Assembly: GCA_031379255.1 (NCBI GenBank)
Contig: JANNEZ010000019.1
Coordinates: 1-38,641, forward strand
DNA length: 38,641 nt
From: Rhodoferax sp.
GTDB lineage: Bacteria > Pseudomonadota > Gammaproteobacteria > Burkholderiales > Burkholderiaceae_C
Direction: 5' to 3'
Below the pieces are notes generated by a model that was not told the origin of the DNA, ran no database searches, and worked only from the letters and a program-made list of their open reading frames with translations. Positions 19,353 through 30,104 of this stretch are shown here, one piece after another. A program made the position numbers and the translations under genes. Position 1 is the first letter of the stretch. Every line of letters starts with the position of its first letter.

Positions 19353-19510
19353 ACACCGAGTGTTCAATGAAACGGCGCAGGCGTCAATCTGGCGAGCCCT
19401 CTTCACCGGGTAGCGCGGCAAGACCAGCGCCTCAGAAAAATGGGCGCCGAGGCCATGAATTCGGGGTTCTTCGGTCTTTCATTGGTCGATTTGTTGGTTT
19501 TTTTACATCA

Positions 19511-19622
19511 TATTTAATAGCAAACTATTTAGTAAATACGTGACTTTAATGGCCAAAATGTTTGAAATTTGTGTTTGTCATGCACTTTCATCTCCAATCA
19601 ACCCCAAATTGGGTACGATTGG
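19511..19622 (-). repeat. copy B (inverted relative to A and C) of the dispersed bipartite intergenic repeat
   Basis: ATAGCAAACTATTTAGTAAATACGTGACTTTAATGGCCAA ... CCAATCAACCCCAAATTGGGTACGATTGG. It aligns to the reverse complement of 1141-1258. Confidence 0.7.
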
Positions 19623-20194
19623 GTTTGCACAGGCCTGCCAGTGCGCGTCGAAGAAGCAAAATGGCACCCAAAAGAAAGCCCGGAGAATCCGGCGCCAGGC
19701 CGACTTTTCCGGGCTCGACGGCTGGCTCCAGGCCCATGCCGTCAGGGTTCGCACGGGAGAGATTGACGTCCCCCAATGCAGGCAGCAAGAGATTGCCACC
19801 AGGTATTGCCGGGGCCGCTTTATCAACACCACCTTGCGATGGGGACTGGCTACTGCCGACATTTCGCCTGAGTTTCCACACAGACAAGGCAAGTTTAGAC
19901 ACGGGCGATGAGGAATTCAAACCCAACAATGAGACTTAAATAGAATATAAAACCTAATTTAAATAGATATTTAGTTATATATTGACGTTTAAAATCCAGC
20001 TACCCCGGTAAATTCACTGGGGTTAACCCGAGCCCGCTGCCGACCCCGGCATATTCAGTTTTTGCTCACCGGTGTACAGTCCCCATGGACAAGGTGACAC
20101 CCCGAACTGAAGGCGTACCAACCCAAACGATGTGCCCGACGGATGTGCCTCAAGTTAAAGGCCCGACTGGCACAGCGCGAAAGAAGGAAGAGCT

Positions 20195-20932
20195 ATGACA
20201 GCGTCAGGAAAAATCCGCCAGATCAGCCAATCGCTGCGTCTGGCCGCCGCGAACACCACCCGTGGTGTTATCGAATTCACCCAGAACAGCATTGCCTTGA
20301 TTGGCCTGGTAGTCGTTTTCAGCGCCATCACCCTCATGGCAAAACCCGAGTTGCGGGAAATGGGCGAGCTCCAGCTTGTCACCTGGCTGAAGAACCGCCA
20401 GTTGCCACCCGCCGAAGACGCCCTGCAGACCGTGCCCGAAGCGGTTGACCGGGCCACTGCGGCCAACCCGCAGGAATTGCCCAAGCAGCAGGCCGCAGTC
20501 GCCTACTGGTTGAGCAAAAAGTACCGCGTGGCGCCAGAGCCGGTGAGCGCCCTGGTTGCCGAAGCCTTTGAGCTGGGCCAGCGCACCAAGCTTGACCCCA
20601 CGCTGATTCTCGCCGTCATGGCGGTCGAATCCGGCTTCAACCCGTTTGCCCAGAGCGCCGTGGGCGCGCAGGGGCTGATGCAGGTCATGACCAAGATCCA
20701 CAGCGACAAATACGAGGGTTTTGGCGGCAAACACGCGGCTTTTGACCCGGTCTCCAACCTGCGGGTTGGCGTGAAGGTGCTGCAGGAATGTATTGCCCGC
20801 GCCGGTTCGGTCGAAGCCGGCCTGCGTTTTTATGTGGGTGCCGCCAACCTGGGAGACGATGGCGGATATGCCCTCAAAGTGATGGCCGAACACGCCCGGC
20901 TTCGGGCGGTTGCAGGCCAGAAAAAGGCCTAA
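20195..20932 (+). CDS. lytic transglycosylase (SLT domain) protein with N-terminal membrane anchor
   Basis: GAAGGAAG SD 6 nt before ATG 20195. TM segment IALIGLVVVFSAITLMA. SLT catalytic motif ILAVMAVESGFNPFAQS, followed by GAQGLMQVM. Confidence 0.85.
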   Translation: MTASGKIRQISQSLRLAAANTTRGVIEFTQNSIALIGLVVVFSAITLMAKPELREMGELQLVTWLKNRQLPPAEDALQTVPEAVDRATAANPQELPKQQAAVAYWLSKKYRVAPEPVSALVAEAFELGQRTKLDPTLILAVMAVESGFNPFAQSAVGAQGLMQVMTKIHSDKYEGFGGKHAAFDPVSNLRVGVKVLQECIARAGSVEAGLRFYVGAANLGDDGGYALKVMAEHARLRAVAGQKKA

Positions 20933-20980
20933 GCGTCGCCCAAAGCGGCCAATTGCGGGACCCTGGGCTAAAATCCGCCG

Positions 20981-21104
20981 GTGCGCGACTGGCGATAGGC
21001 CAACGGCCCGGTACCTCCGGCTGGCTGGCTGACGTGGGATACCACTGGGAAGCGCACCGCGGATCCAATTGGATTGCAGCGTTCAGCCGTTCGCCTGGGC
21101 AGCC
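20981..21104 (+). promoter_or_regulatory. ZTP (pfl-motif) riboswitch in the glyA leader
   Basis: GTGCGCGACTGGCG ... GACGTGGGATACCACTGGGAAGCGCAC ... linker ... CCGTTCGCCTGGGCAG. P1 is GTGCGC/GCGCAC. The conserved GACUGGCG, GUGG-N4-CCAC + UGGGAAGC, and 3' CGCCUGGGCA pseudoknot partner are all present. It lies 52 nt upstream of glyA. Confidence 0.75.
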
Positions 21105-21155
21105 CTTTGGGCCGGATCAACCCGGCTCACAGGCCCGACGTCTATAAGGACTGCC

Positions 21156-22400
21156 ATGTACGACCGCACCCAACTCATTGCCGAGACCGATCCCGAGATT
21201 TTTGCCGCCATCCAGGCCGAGAACGCCCGCCAGGAACAGCACATCGAACTGATCGCCAGCGAAAACTACGCGTCGCCCGCCGTTATGGCCGCGCAGGGCA
21301 CCCAACTGACCAACAAATACGCCGAAGGTTACCCCGGCAAACGTTATTACGGCGGCTGCGAACACGTGGACGTGGCCGAACAGCTCGCCATCGACCGGGT
21401 CAAGCAGCTTTTTGGCGCCGGTTGCGCCAATGTGCAGGCGCATTGCGGCGCCTCGGCCAACGAAGCGGTGTTTCTGGCCTTCCTGAAACCCGGCGACATC
21501 ATCATGGGCATGAGCCTGGCGGAAGGCGGCCATTTGACACACGGCATGCCGCTGAACATGAGTGGCAAATGGTTCAACGTGGTCTCTTATGGGCTCGATG
21601 CCAAAGAAGCCATCGACTACGACGCGATGGAGAAGAAAGCCCATGAAACGAAGCCCAAACTGATCATCGCCGGGGCCTCGGCCTACTCGTTGCGCATTGA
21701 TTTTGAACGTTTTGCAAAGGTGGCCAAAGACGTGGGCGCAATTTTCATGGTCGACATGGCGCATTACGCCGGGCTGATCGCCGCTGGCGTCTACCCCAAC
21801 CCGGTGCCGCATGCCGACGTGGTCACCAGCACCACACACAAGAGCCTGCGCGGGCCGCGTGGCGGCTTCATCCTGATGAAATCTGCGCACGAAAAAGCCA
21901 TCAACAGCGCCATTTTCCCCGGCCTGCAAGGCGGCCCGCTGATGCACGTGATCGCCGCCAAAGCCGTCGCCTTCCGGGAAGCCCTGCAACCGGAATTCAA
22001 GGTTTACCAGCAACAGGTCACGAAAAACGCGCAAATCGTGGCCGAAACCCTGGCGTCGCGCGGCCTGCGCATTGTGAGCGGGCGCACCGAAAGCCACGTC
22101 ATGCTGGTTGATTTGCGTCCCAAAAACATCACAGGCAAGGAAGCTGAAGCGGTTTTGGGCAGCGCCCACATGACGATCAACAAAAACGCCATCCCCAACG
22201 ACCCCGAAAAACCGATGGTCACCAGTGGCGTGCGCATTGGCACACCGGCCATGACGACACGCGGCTTCAAGGACGAAGAAGCGCGCCAGACTGCTAATCT
22301 AATAGCGGATGTGCTCGACAACCCAAGAGATGCGGCCAACATCGCTGCCGTGCGGGCAAAGGTCAACGCCTTGACCGCCCGTTTCCCGGTTTACCGCTGA
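21156..22400 (+). CDS. glyA: serine hydroxymethyltransferase (414 aa)
   Basis: [38 protein letters not shown] and the PLP-lysine region [16 protein letters not shown]. Start at ATG 21156 with AAGGA upstream; the track ORF starts 29 codons earlier, inside the riboswitch. Confidence 0.95.
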   Translation: MYDRTQLIAETDPEIFAAIQAENARQEQHIELIASENYASPAVMAAQGTQLTNKYAEGYPGKRYYGGCEHVDVAEQLAIDRVKQLFGAGCANVQAHCGASANEAVFLAFLKPGDIIMGMSLAEGGHLTHGMPLNMSGKWFNVVSYGLDAKEAIDYDAMEKKAHETKPKLIIAGASAYSLRIDFERFAKVAKDVGAIFMVDMAHYAGLIAAGVYPNPVPHADVVTSTTHKSLRGPRGGFILMKSAHEKAINSAIFPGLQGGPLMHVIAAKAVAFREALQPEFKVYQQQVTKNAQIVAETLASRGLRIVSGRTESHVMLVDLRPKNITGKEAEAVLGSAHMTINKNAIPNDPEKPMVTSGVRIGTPAMTTRGFKDEEARQTANLIADVLDNPRDAANIAAVRAKVNALTARFPVYR

Positions 22401-22438
22401 ACACTTTGGCAATTCCAGTTGATACCAGGTAACACCAG

Positions 22439-22888
22439 GTGAAGTGCCCGTTTTGCAGCAATTCTGAATCCCAGGTGGTTGAAACCCGGATTTCTGAAGA
22501 CGGCGACTTCATCCGCCGCCGCCGCCAGTGCGGCGCCTGCGAAAAACGCTTCACCACCTACGAGCGGCCGGATGTCAACTTCCCGGCCATCGTCAAGAAA
22601 GACGGTCGACGCATTGAATTCGAGCGCATCAAACTGCGCGCTTCGATGAACCTGGCACTGCGAAAACGCCCCGTGAGCACCGAACAGGTCGACAGCGCGA
22701 TCGAACGCATCGAGGAAAAACTGCTAGGCCTGGGCGCGCGTGAAGTGCCCTCAACCCGCATCGGCGAACTCGTCATGCGCGAACTCAAAAAACTCGACAA
22801 AGTGGCTTACGTGCGGTTTGCCAGTGTTTACCGGAGTTTTGAGGATATCGATGAGTTTCGGGCGCTGGTGGATGAGGTGCGGAAGTAG
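22439..22888 (+). CDS. nrdR: transcriptional repressor NrdR (zinc ribbon + ATP-cone)
   Basis: (GTG)[16 protein letters not shown]...[17 protein letters not shown] zinc ribbon, followed by an ATP-cone. Confidence 0.93.
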   Translation: MKCPFCSNSESQVVETRISEDGDFIRRRRQCGACEKRFTTYERPDVNFPAIVKKDGRRIEFERIKLRASMNLALRKRPVSTEQVDSAIERIEEKLLGLGAREVPSTRIGELVMRELKKLDKVAYVRFASVYRSFEDIDEFRALVDEVRK

Positions 22889-22889
22889 T

Positions 22890-23342
22890 TTATTTCCAGC
22901 AGTCGTTGACTGTGGGCGCTGTGCCGGTGTGGCCTTTGGTGCCGACACTCAGGAGGGTCAGGTTGCCACACCGGGCGTCCGCTGTACGCGGGGTGGCGGT
23001 CAGTGTGTAAGAACCTACCGCCGGCGCGCTGAGGGCCAAATCATACTTGGGTGCCTGGGCCGGAACCGCCTGAAGCCTCGCCGGCAAGGTCGGACTGACA
23101 GTGCCCGCATCGTCGGTTGTGTAACGGCTGTTCGCCGCGTAATACCGCTCCATATATTGCTGCGCTTCCAGCAAAGCGGCCCGCGCGGATGCCCGGTCAC
23201 CACGTTTGATGTACTCGGTGTAGGCTGGAAGTGCCACCGCAGCGAGGATGCCGATGATGGCAACCGTGATCATCAACTCAATGAGCGTGAAGCCACGGCT
23301 CTTCTGCCGGAACCCGAGCACTGTTGGTTTGCGTGTATACAT
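22890..23342 (-). CDS. pilE: type IV pilus minor pilin PilE-like (150 aa)
   Basis: Prepilin leader and cleavage site ...[29 protein letters not shown] with Glu+5. Start at ATG 23342. The stop is 1 nt from the convergent nrdR stop. Confidence 0.85.
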   Translation of the reverse strand: MYTRKPTVLGFRQKSRGFTLIELMITVAIIGILAAVALPAYTEYIKRGDRASARAALLEAQQYMERYYAANSRYTTDDAGTVSPTLPARLQAVPAQAPKYDLALSAPAVGSYTLTATPRTADARCGNLTLLSVGTKGHTGTAPTVNDCWK

Positions 23343-23365
23343 GTCTCGACTACTCTCGATCAGAT

Positions 23366-26300
23366 TCAGCGGATTGGCGGATTGATAATACGGCGCCACA
23401 CGCGGTCAAAGGTACGGCTATTGCCCGGGTCGACACAGGTGTAGGTTTGTCCGGTCGCAGTCTGAATGCTTTTCAGAATTTTAGGTGGCGTACAAACCGT
23501 GCTGGTGATGCCGGTCACTACGGCGCGCCGTCCCACGGCATTGGTCAAAATGCCCGCTGCAATTGGATCGACGTTGGGATCCGAGCTAATGAGACCATCA
23601 CCGCTTGTGTCAAACAGCGGATAGGCAGTTGGCAGGCCCGTTTCAACTTCAAAGACCAGGTCCGCTCCAACGCCGTTGCTCGCCGAGCAAACCGCAACAG
23701 ACTGGGCCGGTGCGACCGCCGTAACCAAAACCAAGGTTGGGCTGAAAACTTGCGTCGGGTAGATAACCCGCCCACCGGTCAATATCGTTGACAGATCTAC
23801 CGCCCAGCCGCGTTGCGTGGTCCAATCCACAGCAGAACCGGTCAACGCGTAGAAGGTCGTACCTGCGGCGAGCCCAATGCCCGCTTGCGCGGCAAAGGTT
23901 CGTGGCTGCAGCTGCGACCTGGTCAACGGTCGAGGCATGGTGTCGCCCGGCTTGTCCCAAACACCGTAAACAGTTTGGGCAGTGAAGTCGGTTTCATCGC
24001 CCGCTGCAAACAATTTTCCGGTTCCGAACACAATGATCTTGCCACCTTGGGTATGGTTGAAAATGGAAGGGGGCTGAGTGATCGGCTGCGCGATCGCGCC
24101 CGAGGTTGCAGCCGCGAAAAATGGCGTGGTTCCACCGCTCGCCGTGAAAGGCGCTGTTCCGCCGGATGTGGTGAATACGGGGCTACCGGCTGTGTAGTCG
24201 AATTTCCAAAGCTTGCCTTTGAGGTCACCTGCATACAGACTGACAATCTGGCCGCTTGCATTGCGAAGTATGCCAACGCCACCCAAGCCATTGCTGCCGG
24301 TTGTATCAACGTCAAGCTTTTTGATCGCCGCAGTCTCCAGATCAACAACAAACAATGTCGCCTTACCGCTGCCACTTGAGAATCCGTTCCCAAATATGGC
24401 GACCCATTGGCCGTTTTGAAGCACGCCAACCTCGATGGGGGACAAAATATAGCCCATATCAGAGTCAGTGGCGCTGGAAATCTCCCAACGCACATTGGAC
24501 GCGTTCAACGTCGGTGAACTGGTGACGTCGAGCGCATAAATTGCGCGACCGCCTGCACCCAGAGAGCCCAGGAGATAGTTGCGCCATGAAGGTGTCGCTG
24601 CGAGTGTGCCAGGTGTAGCGCCCGGCCCCCTCACATAGGCATCACCTTCATTCTGGGGTCCGTCAACAAAATATTGGTGCGGAACGGTGCCGCCGTAATT
24701 TTTGTCGGCCAGTTTGTACAGATTGGAGTAGACAGCTCTGGGTACATAGGCAAATATTTCGGCACCATCGGTGGCTGAAGTTGACGTGGCTGGCGGCTGG
24801 GCATTCACATCCTTGAATGCATGCAACATGCCGTCATTGCCACCCACAAACAGCACAGATTCGCGCGCCCGCTTGAACGCAATGAAATTCTGGTAACCGC
24901 TGCTGCCGCCCAATCCAAGTGCGTCATAGGCGCCATTGAAAATGCCTTTGATCAGCACCGGATTGGAATTCACAAAATCACCCAAAATGAACGGTTTGCC
25001 CGCTGCATTGAGGCGGCTGCGAAACGGTTGGCCGGCGCCTTCTTTGCGGTGGTCTCCACGAATGAAGTGGGTGAAATCTGTGGTGTAAGTTCCTGGTACA
25101 AACGATGAAGTGTTCATCGCAGCGTGATTGAGCAGGCTCAAGTTGGTCCAATCAAAAAGCACAGCTGAAGGAGTCGTGGGGTTGGCCAAAGGTGCCGTAT
25201 CCCAGGTGTAAATGTTTCGCTGCAAAAACCGGGTCGGATCAGCGGGTTCGGGCGGCACAGGCTCGCGAATGGGCAAACGGTTGGAAGCTGTCCAGTCGGT
25301 GGTGGTTGCTTGTCCGGCTGTGTCGAGCGTCAGCGCATCAATATTGCCGCTCCAGGTAATGCCGTCGTAATTTGGCACATACTTCCGATTGCCCGCTTCC
25401 AAAGTGGTTGACGCAGTAGCAACGCCCGACGTCGCCCCGCCGCCGCCTTGCGCGCCGCTTAAGGCGCTTGCAACCGCCGAGGCCAGACTGGACGGATCTT
25501 TCGCACTGTAATAAGCTCCTCGACTATTTAAAGCGGCGTGCCAGAGGTCATCAATGTTGGCGGCCACTGCCAGTGTTTCTGATGGTACGCCCCAGAGCTT
25601 GGTCCCAGCTTGAAGTGCTGGCAAATCCGAGTTCTGATCGAGCACGCCACGGACCCCAAGGCCGACCATAAAATTGGTCATGTTCTGCCAAAACGACGGG
25701 TCATCGCCAGTGGCTTTAACTTGGTTGTTCATTCCCGGCTGCAGGTCGTTTTTCCAATATTTCATGGCCACATCGGCCAAGGTCTTGCCAACTCCATCTG
25801 CATAAGGACGGGTGTTGGCCTGAAACGTAAAGCTTCCTATGGTGGTCCCTGCCGTACTGTCTTCGTCGGCAACATTGTTCGTTCCGTTCCAATAACCATC
25901 TGTCACCATCAACTGGTAGGATCGCCGGCATGTCTTGTTGTCAGCAACCGTGTTGGTGACGCTGGGGTCGTCCGTATAGGGGCCTCGGTTGTCAGTGCGG
26001 CTGAGATAGGCGCCAACAGCTTCAAGTGCAGCGGGCAGCGGCGTGCCACCACTTGCTGGCAAATCTTCTAGCCATTTGAAAAGCTGGTTTTTGCGGGCTT
26101 GTGTGAAGGCACGAATACCACCACCGCCATAAGTCGCCGTGTCGCTTTCAATCACGGTGGTCGATACACCGTCTACGGTGCCAGAACCTTTGTTGATCCG
26201 CCCAAAACCCACGCGAAATGGCGCCGATGCCGCCGCCGCCGGTGCTGCCACTGCACCAAAAGATTCCATCATCGCACCGCGGGCAAGCAAATTGCGGTTG

Positions 26301-27463
26301 CGGTAGTAGGTAAACCAATTGGCAAAGTTTTGCCGCTCCTCGACCTTAGAGCACCCTGCCAATCCAATTGCACCCGTGCAGTCCGTGCGCGCTGCCACTT
26401 TTTCATAAGTCAGCGTGAGAGGCGCATTGATGGAAATCCCGGTGTAGTTGGCGTAATTGGTGACAGCCTTGTAGCCATCTACCGTGCCCGTGCCTGCGCC
26501 GACACCGTTGGCCGTGAATTTGGTTCCGACCGTGTTGGCTGGGGCACCCACCAAAGTGAAGTTGGTGGTTCCGAGTGTTTTGATGGTGTATGTGGTGCCA
26601 ATCACCAGCAAGCCGGCATTCACCGTTTGTTTTTGCAGTTTGAAATAAACGCCAGGGTCGTGGCCAAGGGAAGCCATATTGTTGGCTTTGGTGCTGCAAT
26701 AGGCCGAAGGTGTCGCCCGGCCAGTTCCCGTGCCCACACCAATCGCCGTAAATACGGTGCCAGTACTACTGGACGGTGAGCCAACTAACGTCCAGTTCGT
26801 GGTGCCGGACGTTGTAATCGTATAGGTAACACCTGCCACAAAGGCGTTTGGGTTATTGCTCGTCGGCACCGGGTGGACCGGCTCTGAAAAACACCAAGTG
26901 CTGCTGCCGCCGGGCGCGGTATATGAGGTCAGGTTGATCACGGTGCCAGAAGCTCCCGTGATGCCCGGGGGATCCCTATAGGCAGCAGCGGGTGGCGAGT
27001 TTGGAAAACGTGTCCCGTCCGCCTTCAACCAAGGCTGATAACGGACCTCCGGGTTGTAAAACATCGTGTTGGTGTCCGCAGAGCGAGCGGCCCGCAGCAG
27101 GTAATTGGTCGAATTGATTTTTCCAGGAACGTTACCAGGCGTTGCGACTCCGGCTATGTTAAGCACGCCAAAATTGTCACGAGGATCCCACCGCACTTGG
27201 ATGACACCCCCGCCAATGGCCGAAGGAATGGGCGTGGCAAACGTGCCCCCATCAAACGTGGTTTCAGGCATGTGCTGGAACAGCATGGAGCCTGAATCGT
27301 CCAGAGTCAGCATGAAATTGGGCACAACACCACCACCGACCCTGTTCAACAAAGGAACTTGAGCAGGTATCTGCGAAACAGCGCCATTTGAAAGAGCCAA
27401 AAACAATGCGGATGCCAATAGAGGCATTCGCAAGTATCCTGATGAAAAAATTGAAACGTTCAT
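23366..27463 (-). CDS. pilY1: type IV pilus tip-associated protein PilY1 (1365 aa)
   Basis: Signal peptide. vWA/MIDAS-like elements [23 protein letters not shown] and [10 protein letters not shown]. Long C-terminal PilY1-type beta-propeller region ([25 protein letters not shown]). Ca-site-like [11 protein letters not shown] near the C-terminus. It sits between pilX and pilE. Confidence 0.88.
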   Translation of the reverse strand: MNVSIFSSGYLRMPLLASALFLALSNGAVSQIPAQVPLLNRVGGGVVPNFMLTLDDSGSMLFQHMPETTFDGGTFATPIPSAIGGGVIQVRWDPRDNFGVLNIAGVATPGNVPGKINSTNYLLRAARSADTNTMFYNPEVRYQPWLKADGTRFPNSPPAAAYRDPPGITGASGTVINLTSYTAPGGSSTWCFSEPVHPVPTSNNPNAFVAGVTYTITTSGTTNWTLVGSPSSSTGTVFTAIGVGTGTGRATPSAYCSTKANNMASLGHDPGVYFKLQKQTVNAGLLVIGTTYTIKTLGTTNFTLVGAPANTVGTKFTANGVGAGTGTVDGYKAVTNYANYTGISINAPLTLTYEKVAARTDCTGAIGLAGCSKVEERQNFANWFTYYRNRNLLARGAMMESFGAVAAPAAAASAPFRVGFGRINKGSGTVDGVSTTVIESDTATYGGGGIRAFTQARKNQLFKWLEDLPASGGTPLPAALEAVGAYLSRTDNRGPYTDDPSVTNTVADNKTCRRSYQLMVTDGYWNGTNNVADEDSTAGTTIGSFTFQANTRPYADGVGKTLADVAMKYWKNDLQPGMNNQVKATGDDPSFWQNMTNFMVGLGVRGVLDQNSDLPALQAGTKLWGVPSETLAVAANIDDLWHAALNSRGAYYSAKDPSSLASAVASALSGAQGGGGATSGVATASTTLEAGNRKYVPNYDGITWSGNIDALTLDTAGQATTTDWTASNRLPIREPVPPEPADPTRFLQRNIYTWDTAPLANPTTPSAVLFDWTNLSLLNHAAMNTSSFVPGTYTTDFTHFIRGDHRKEGAGQPFRSRLNAAGKPFILGDFVNSNPVLIKGIFNGAYDALGLGGSSGYQNFIAFKRARESVLFVGGNDGMLHAFKDVNAQPPATSTSATDGAEIFAYVPRAVYSNLYKLADKNYGGTVPHQYFVDGPQNEGDAYVRGPGATPGTLAATPSWRNYLLGSLGAGGRAIYALDVTSSPTLNASNVRWEISSATDSDMGYILSPIEVGVLQNGQWVAIFGNGFSSGSGKATLFVVDLETAAIKKLDVDTTGSNGLGGVGILRNASGQIVSLYAGDLKGKLWKFDYTAGSPVFTTSGGTAPFTASGGTTPFFAAATSGAIAQPITQPPSIFNHTQGGKIIVFGTGKLFAAGDETDFTAQTVYGVWDKPGDTMPRPLTRSQLQPRTFAAQAGIGLAAGTTFYALTGSAVDWTTQRGWAVDLSTILTGGRVIYPTQVFSPTLVLVTAVAPAQSVAVCSASNGVGADLVFEVETGLPTAYPLFDTSGDGLISSDPNVDPIAAGILTNAVGRRAVVTGITSTVCTPPKILKSIQTATGQTYTCVDPGNSRTFDRVWRRIINPPIR

Positions 27464-27481
27464 TTTGCTTCTCCCAGAACT

Positions 27482-28081
27482 TCACAAATTGAGAATTGAC
27501 TGCAGCCAAACCACCGAGCCGTTGGTTGTTGCTCCAGTGGCAGCATCTTCCCGATAGTCCATGCTGAAACCGCGGGCGGTAACGACTGTGACGTTGAACG
27601 GCGAAACAAGCCCGCCAATACTCTGTGTTTCAACAATGCATTCAGGCAGTTTTGTTGGTGTGTAGGTGCTCGCCGCAGAACTGATCTGGCCGGCCGTCAA
27701 GGCAATTCGCGTGGCTGCTGCATGGGGCGGAACCATTGGCGCAGCAGCTGCACCTCGCCAGGAAACCGTGTTCTGCCATGCGGGCGCCACACCTGCGTTG
27801 GTATCGATCGCTGGCGGGTTCATGAGTCGACCGTCACGCACCGGCAAAGGCCCCACATTGGTGGCTGGTATTGCCATCTGCGCCTCGCAAAACCGCAAGG
27901 CCGCCTCGGCGTATTGCTGTGCCATGTTGTCCATGCGCACGTTGTTGGTTACGCGTTGGCTCGACGTGGCGCTGCGCATGGCCGATGAGGCCGTGAGCCC
28001 GATCACCACCACCAAGATCAAAACAATAATGAGCGATATGCCGCGTTGCGCGGAATGGGTTTTGGAGTGACAGTGGTTCAT
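27482..28081 (-). CDS. pilX: type IV pilus minor pilin PilX-like
   Basis: MNHCHSKTHSAQRG/ISLIIVLILVVVIGLTASSAM is a PilX-type N-terminus lacking Glu+5. ATG 28081 is preferred over TTG 28090. The position between pilW and pilY1 fits. Confidence 0.8.
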   Translation of the reverse strand: MNHCHSKTHSAQRGISLIIVLILVVVIGLTASSAMRSATSSQRVTNNVRMDNMAQQYAEAALRFCEAQMAIPATNVGPLPVRDGRLMNPPAIDTNAGVAPAWQNTVSWRGAAAAPMVPPHAAATRIALTAGQISSAASTYTPTKLPECIVETQSIGGLVSPFNVTVVTARGFSMDYREDAATGATTNGSVVWLQSILNL

Positions 28082-28090
28082 GGCAATCAA

Positions 28091-28978
28091 CTACAGGGGC
28101 ATTTTGGTGCGCAATGCAGCCGTGGCGAAATAGGCGCGGCGCAGGCGGCGGTCGGTCGTGGTTTGCGGTGCGGCATCACAGTCACTGTATTGGGTCAAAA
28201 GTGAACCTGCCTGGTCGTCTTCCCCCGCGAGCAATACCGGTTCTGCGCTACGCACCAACAGGCAAACACGGGCGCTGACGACCTGATCCCACTGAGCGGC
28301 GCCAATCGAAGCGGCCGTCACGTAGCGCACAACCTGCTCTGAGGTGTTGGTGGTGGCAATTCCATACCAAACTTTCATGCTTTCGATGTTTTCCACCAGT
28401 GGCTGCGTTTGACCATTGGCAGAGCACCGCAACTCTGGTCGACCGGACAACTCGGTGGAAACAAAATAACGATTGATCGCCAACCTGGGACCGGCTCCAC
28501 CGACCGAATTTCCCAAACAGTTGGTCGCAAATCCACCCGCTATGACAGTATTGGAGGCGTCAGCCTCGTAAGCGACCTCAAGCATGAAGTTGTCCGGATC
28601 GGTAATGGGGTTGCATGCCAAGGCTCCCACCGCAGCAGTTGTACTGACAAAACCCTTGTCACACCCAAATACCCATCGTCCGTTATTGCCTGCCATCGTC
28701 CCAAAGGTGAAGATCAATTTAGTAGGGTCAACGGGGTTCGGTATAAGCGCCGTCGGCTGGGAATAACCTGCCATCTCGAGGTCGCGCCGCAGGATACTCA
28801 GCGCAATTTGCGCATCCTCATTCATTTGGGCGAAGGCCGATTGGTATCTTCCCGCATTGCTGGAAGAGATGATGCTGACGATCACAGCGCCCACAACAAC
28901 AAGGCCAATCACCAGGGAAATCATCAACTCAACCAGCGACATCCCTCTCGTCCTTGATCGAAAGCCAAGTTTCCTCAT
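28091..28978 (-). CDS. pilW: type IV pilus minor pilin PilW-like
   Basis: Leader MRKLGFRSRTRG/MSLVELMISLVIGLVVVGAVI with Glu+5. Size and order fit PilW. There is a 4-nt overlap with pilV. Confidence 0.82.
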   Translation of the reverse strand: MRKLGFRSRTRGMSLVELMISLVIGLVVVGAVIVSIISSSNAGRYQSAFAQMNEDAQIALSILRRDLEMAGYSQPTALIPNPVDPTKLIFTFGTMAGNNGRWVFGCDKGFVSTTAAVGALACNPITDPDNFMLEVAYEADASNTVIAGGFATNCLGNSVGGAGPRLAINRYFVSTELSGRPELRCSANGQTQPLVENIESMKVWYGIATTNTSEQVVRYVTAASIGAAQWDQVVSARVCLLVRSAEPVLLAGEDDQAGSLLTQYSDCDAAPQTTTDRRLRRAYFATAALRTKMPL

Positions 28979-29547
28979 AAATTAATCCTGAAGTAGCTGC
29001 AGCGAATGCTTCGATCACCTGCGACTGAAAGGTTGGCAGGACATTCGTTGACAAGCAGCGCAAACTCATCGTCGTTGGCCACCGCAGGGTCTCGCCACAC
29101 CACCCACACATCCGAAGCCAATTGCGCCGCATTGTGCACAATTGCTACAGAACCTTGAGGCAATTGGTTTCGCACCATCACTTGCCAGTCGTACATATCA
29201 GCAGCGGCCAACTGATTCGCGGTGCAGGTGTCTGCGACAACATTGCATCGCAGCACCGGAGCGGCAGGTAGCGCGCTTTGGCCAGCAAAACTGGTTGCAA
29301 TTGCATACGCGGCCCTACCACCCTTATTGGCCCGGACTCGCTCACCAATGTCGGTAGCCAAAAGCGTTGCAGTACCCCGATATTGCGACAGTTTTGTGTA
29401 GCGAACTGAGGTGGCATTCACACCCGCAAGGGCCAAAAGGCCGATAGACGCAATGACGATCGATACCAAAACTTCGATCAAGGAAACACCGGACTGCCTG
29501 CGTCTGGGCACCGGGCCTCCCCCTTCAATGGTCACTACACTTGGCAT
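28975..29547 (-). CDS. pilV: type IV pilus minor pilin PilV-like
   Basis: ...RRRQSG/VSLIEVLVSIVIASIGLLALAG prepilin-like N-terminus with Glu+5. There is a 13-nt overlap with fimT. Confidence 0.82.
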   Translation of the reverse strand: MPSVVTIEGGGPVPRRRQSGVSLIEVLVSIVIASIGLLALAGVNATSVRYTKLSQYRGTATLLATDIGERVRANKGGRAAYAIATSFAGQSALPAAPVLRCNVVADTCTANQLAAADMYDWQVMVRNQLPQGSVAIVHNAAQLASDVWVVWRDPAVANDDEFALLVNECPANLSVAGDRSIRCSYFRINL

Positions 29548-30104
29548 ATCGTCACTCCTGCAGACCTAACAGAGGGCCTTCCGGTAACTGAGACGCAAAC
29601 GACCCGAGTAACCCCCGCCGGCACAGTGCCGGTTGGCGTCACATTGAAAGTCTGGTTGGCGGCACGGGCTCTTCCTGTCGGGTCATACCGAATCGCCTGC
29701 AAGGTTGTTCCGGGCGAGGCGTCCGAGTGGATCGTCGCAATATTTGAAAATTCCTGCTGAACTTTGAGAACCGTTTCAAGCGGGAGAACCACCCCTCCAG
29801 CGTCAACATTGACACCGTCTGCGTTAAGGTCGACAAATACGATCCAGCCAATGTTCCAACTGCCCACGGCTGTATTGCAGGTTGTACCGTTCGTTGACCG
29901 GCAAATAGTTACTGCCGATGATCGCTTAAGCGCTTCTGACCGCGCCAAAGTCATGTCACTCACCAACGTATCCGCAGCCGCCAATACAGTCCGACTGACC
30001 AGCAGCGTGCGAAAACTCGGCGCCGCCAACGAAGCCAATATGGCAACAATGGCCACGACGACCATGATCTCTATCAAGGTAAAACCAGCTTGGCGGATTT
30101 TCAT
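29535..30104 (-). CDS. fimT: GspH/FimT-family minor pilin (189 aa)
   Basis: MKIRQAG/FTLIEIMVVVAIVAILASLAAPSFRTLL...DMTLARSEALKR is a typical FimT/FimU (GspH) N-terminus. I chose the start at ATG 30104. Confidence 0.8.
   Translation of the reverse strand: MKIRQAGFTLIEIMVVVAIVAILASLAAPSFRTLLVSRTVLAAADTLVSDMTLARSEALKRSSAVTICRSTNGTTCNTAVGSWNIGWIVFVDLNADGVNVDAGGVVLPLETVLKVQQEFSNIATIHSDASPGTTLQAIRYDPTGRARAANQTFNVTPTGTVPAGVTRVVCVSVTGRPSVRSAGVTICQV

Noticed and set aside
19549-19584. The conserved ATGGCCAA in repeat copies A and B as the start of a short peptide gene (MANFIHKSANSS in A, open into the GC island in B)
   Set aside because: The ATG is not conserved in copy C (TCGGCT), there is no SD, and the downstream reading frames differ completely between copies. 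The element is more likely non-coding.
19588-19929. 113-aa minus-strand ORF whose tail (APDSPGFLLGAILLLRRA) superficially resembles a PEP-CTERM sorting signal
   Set aside because: It has only a TTG start and no signal peptide. The hydrophobic stretch is about 10 residues, too short for a PEP-CTERM helix. Its frame has lower third-position GC than the competing plus-strand frame.
21117-22169. 350-aa ORF on the minus strand
   Set aside because: It is antisense to glyA, so it is a shadow ORF.
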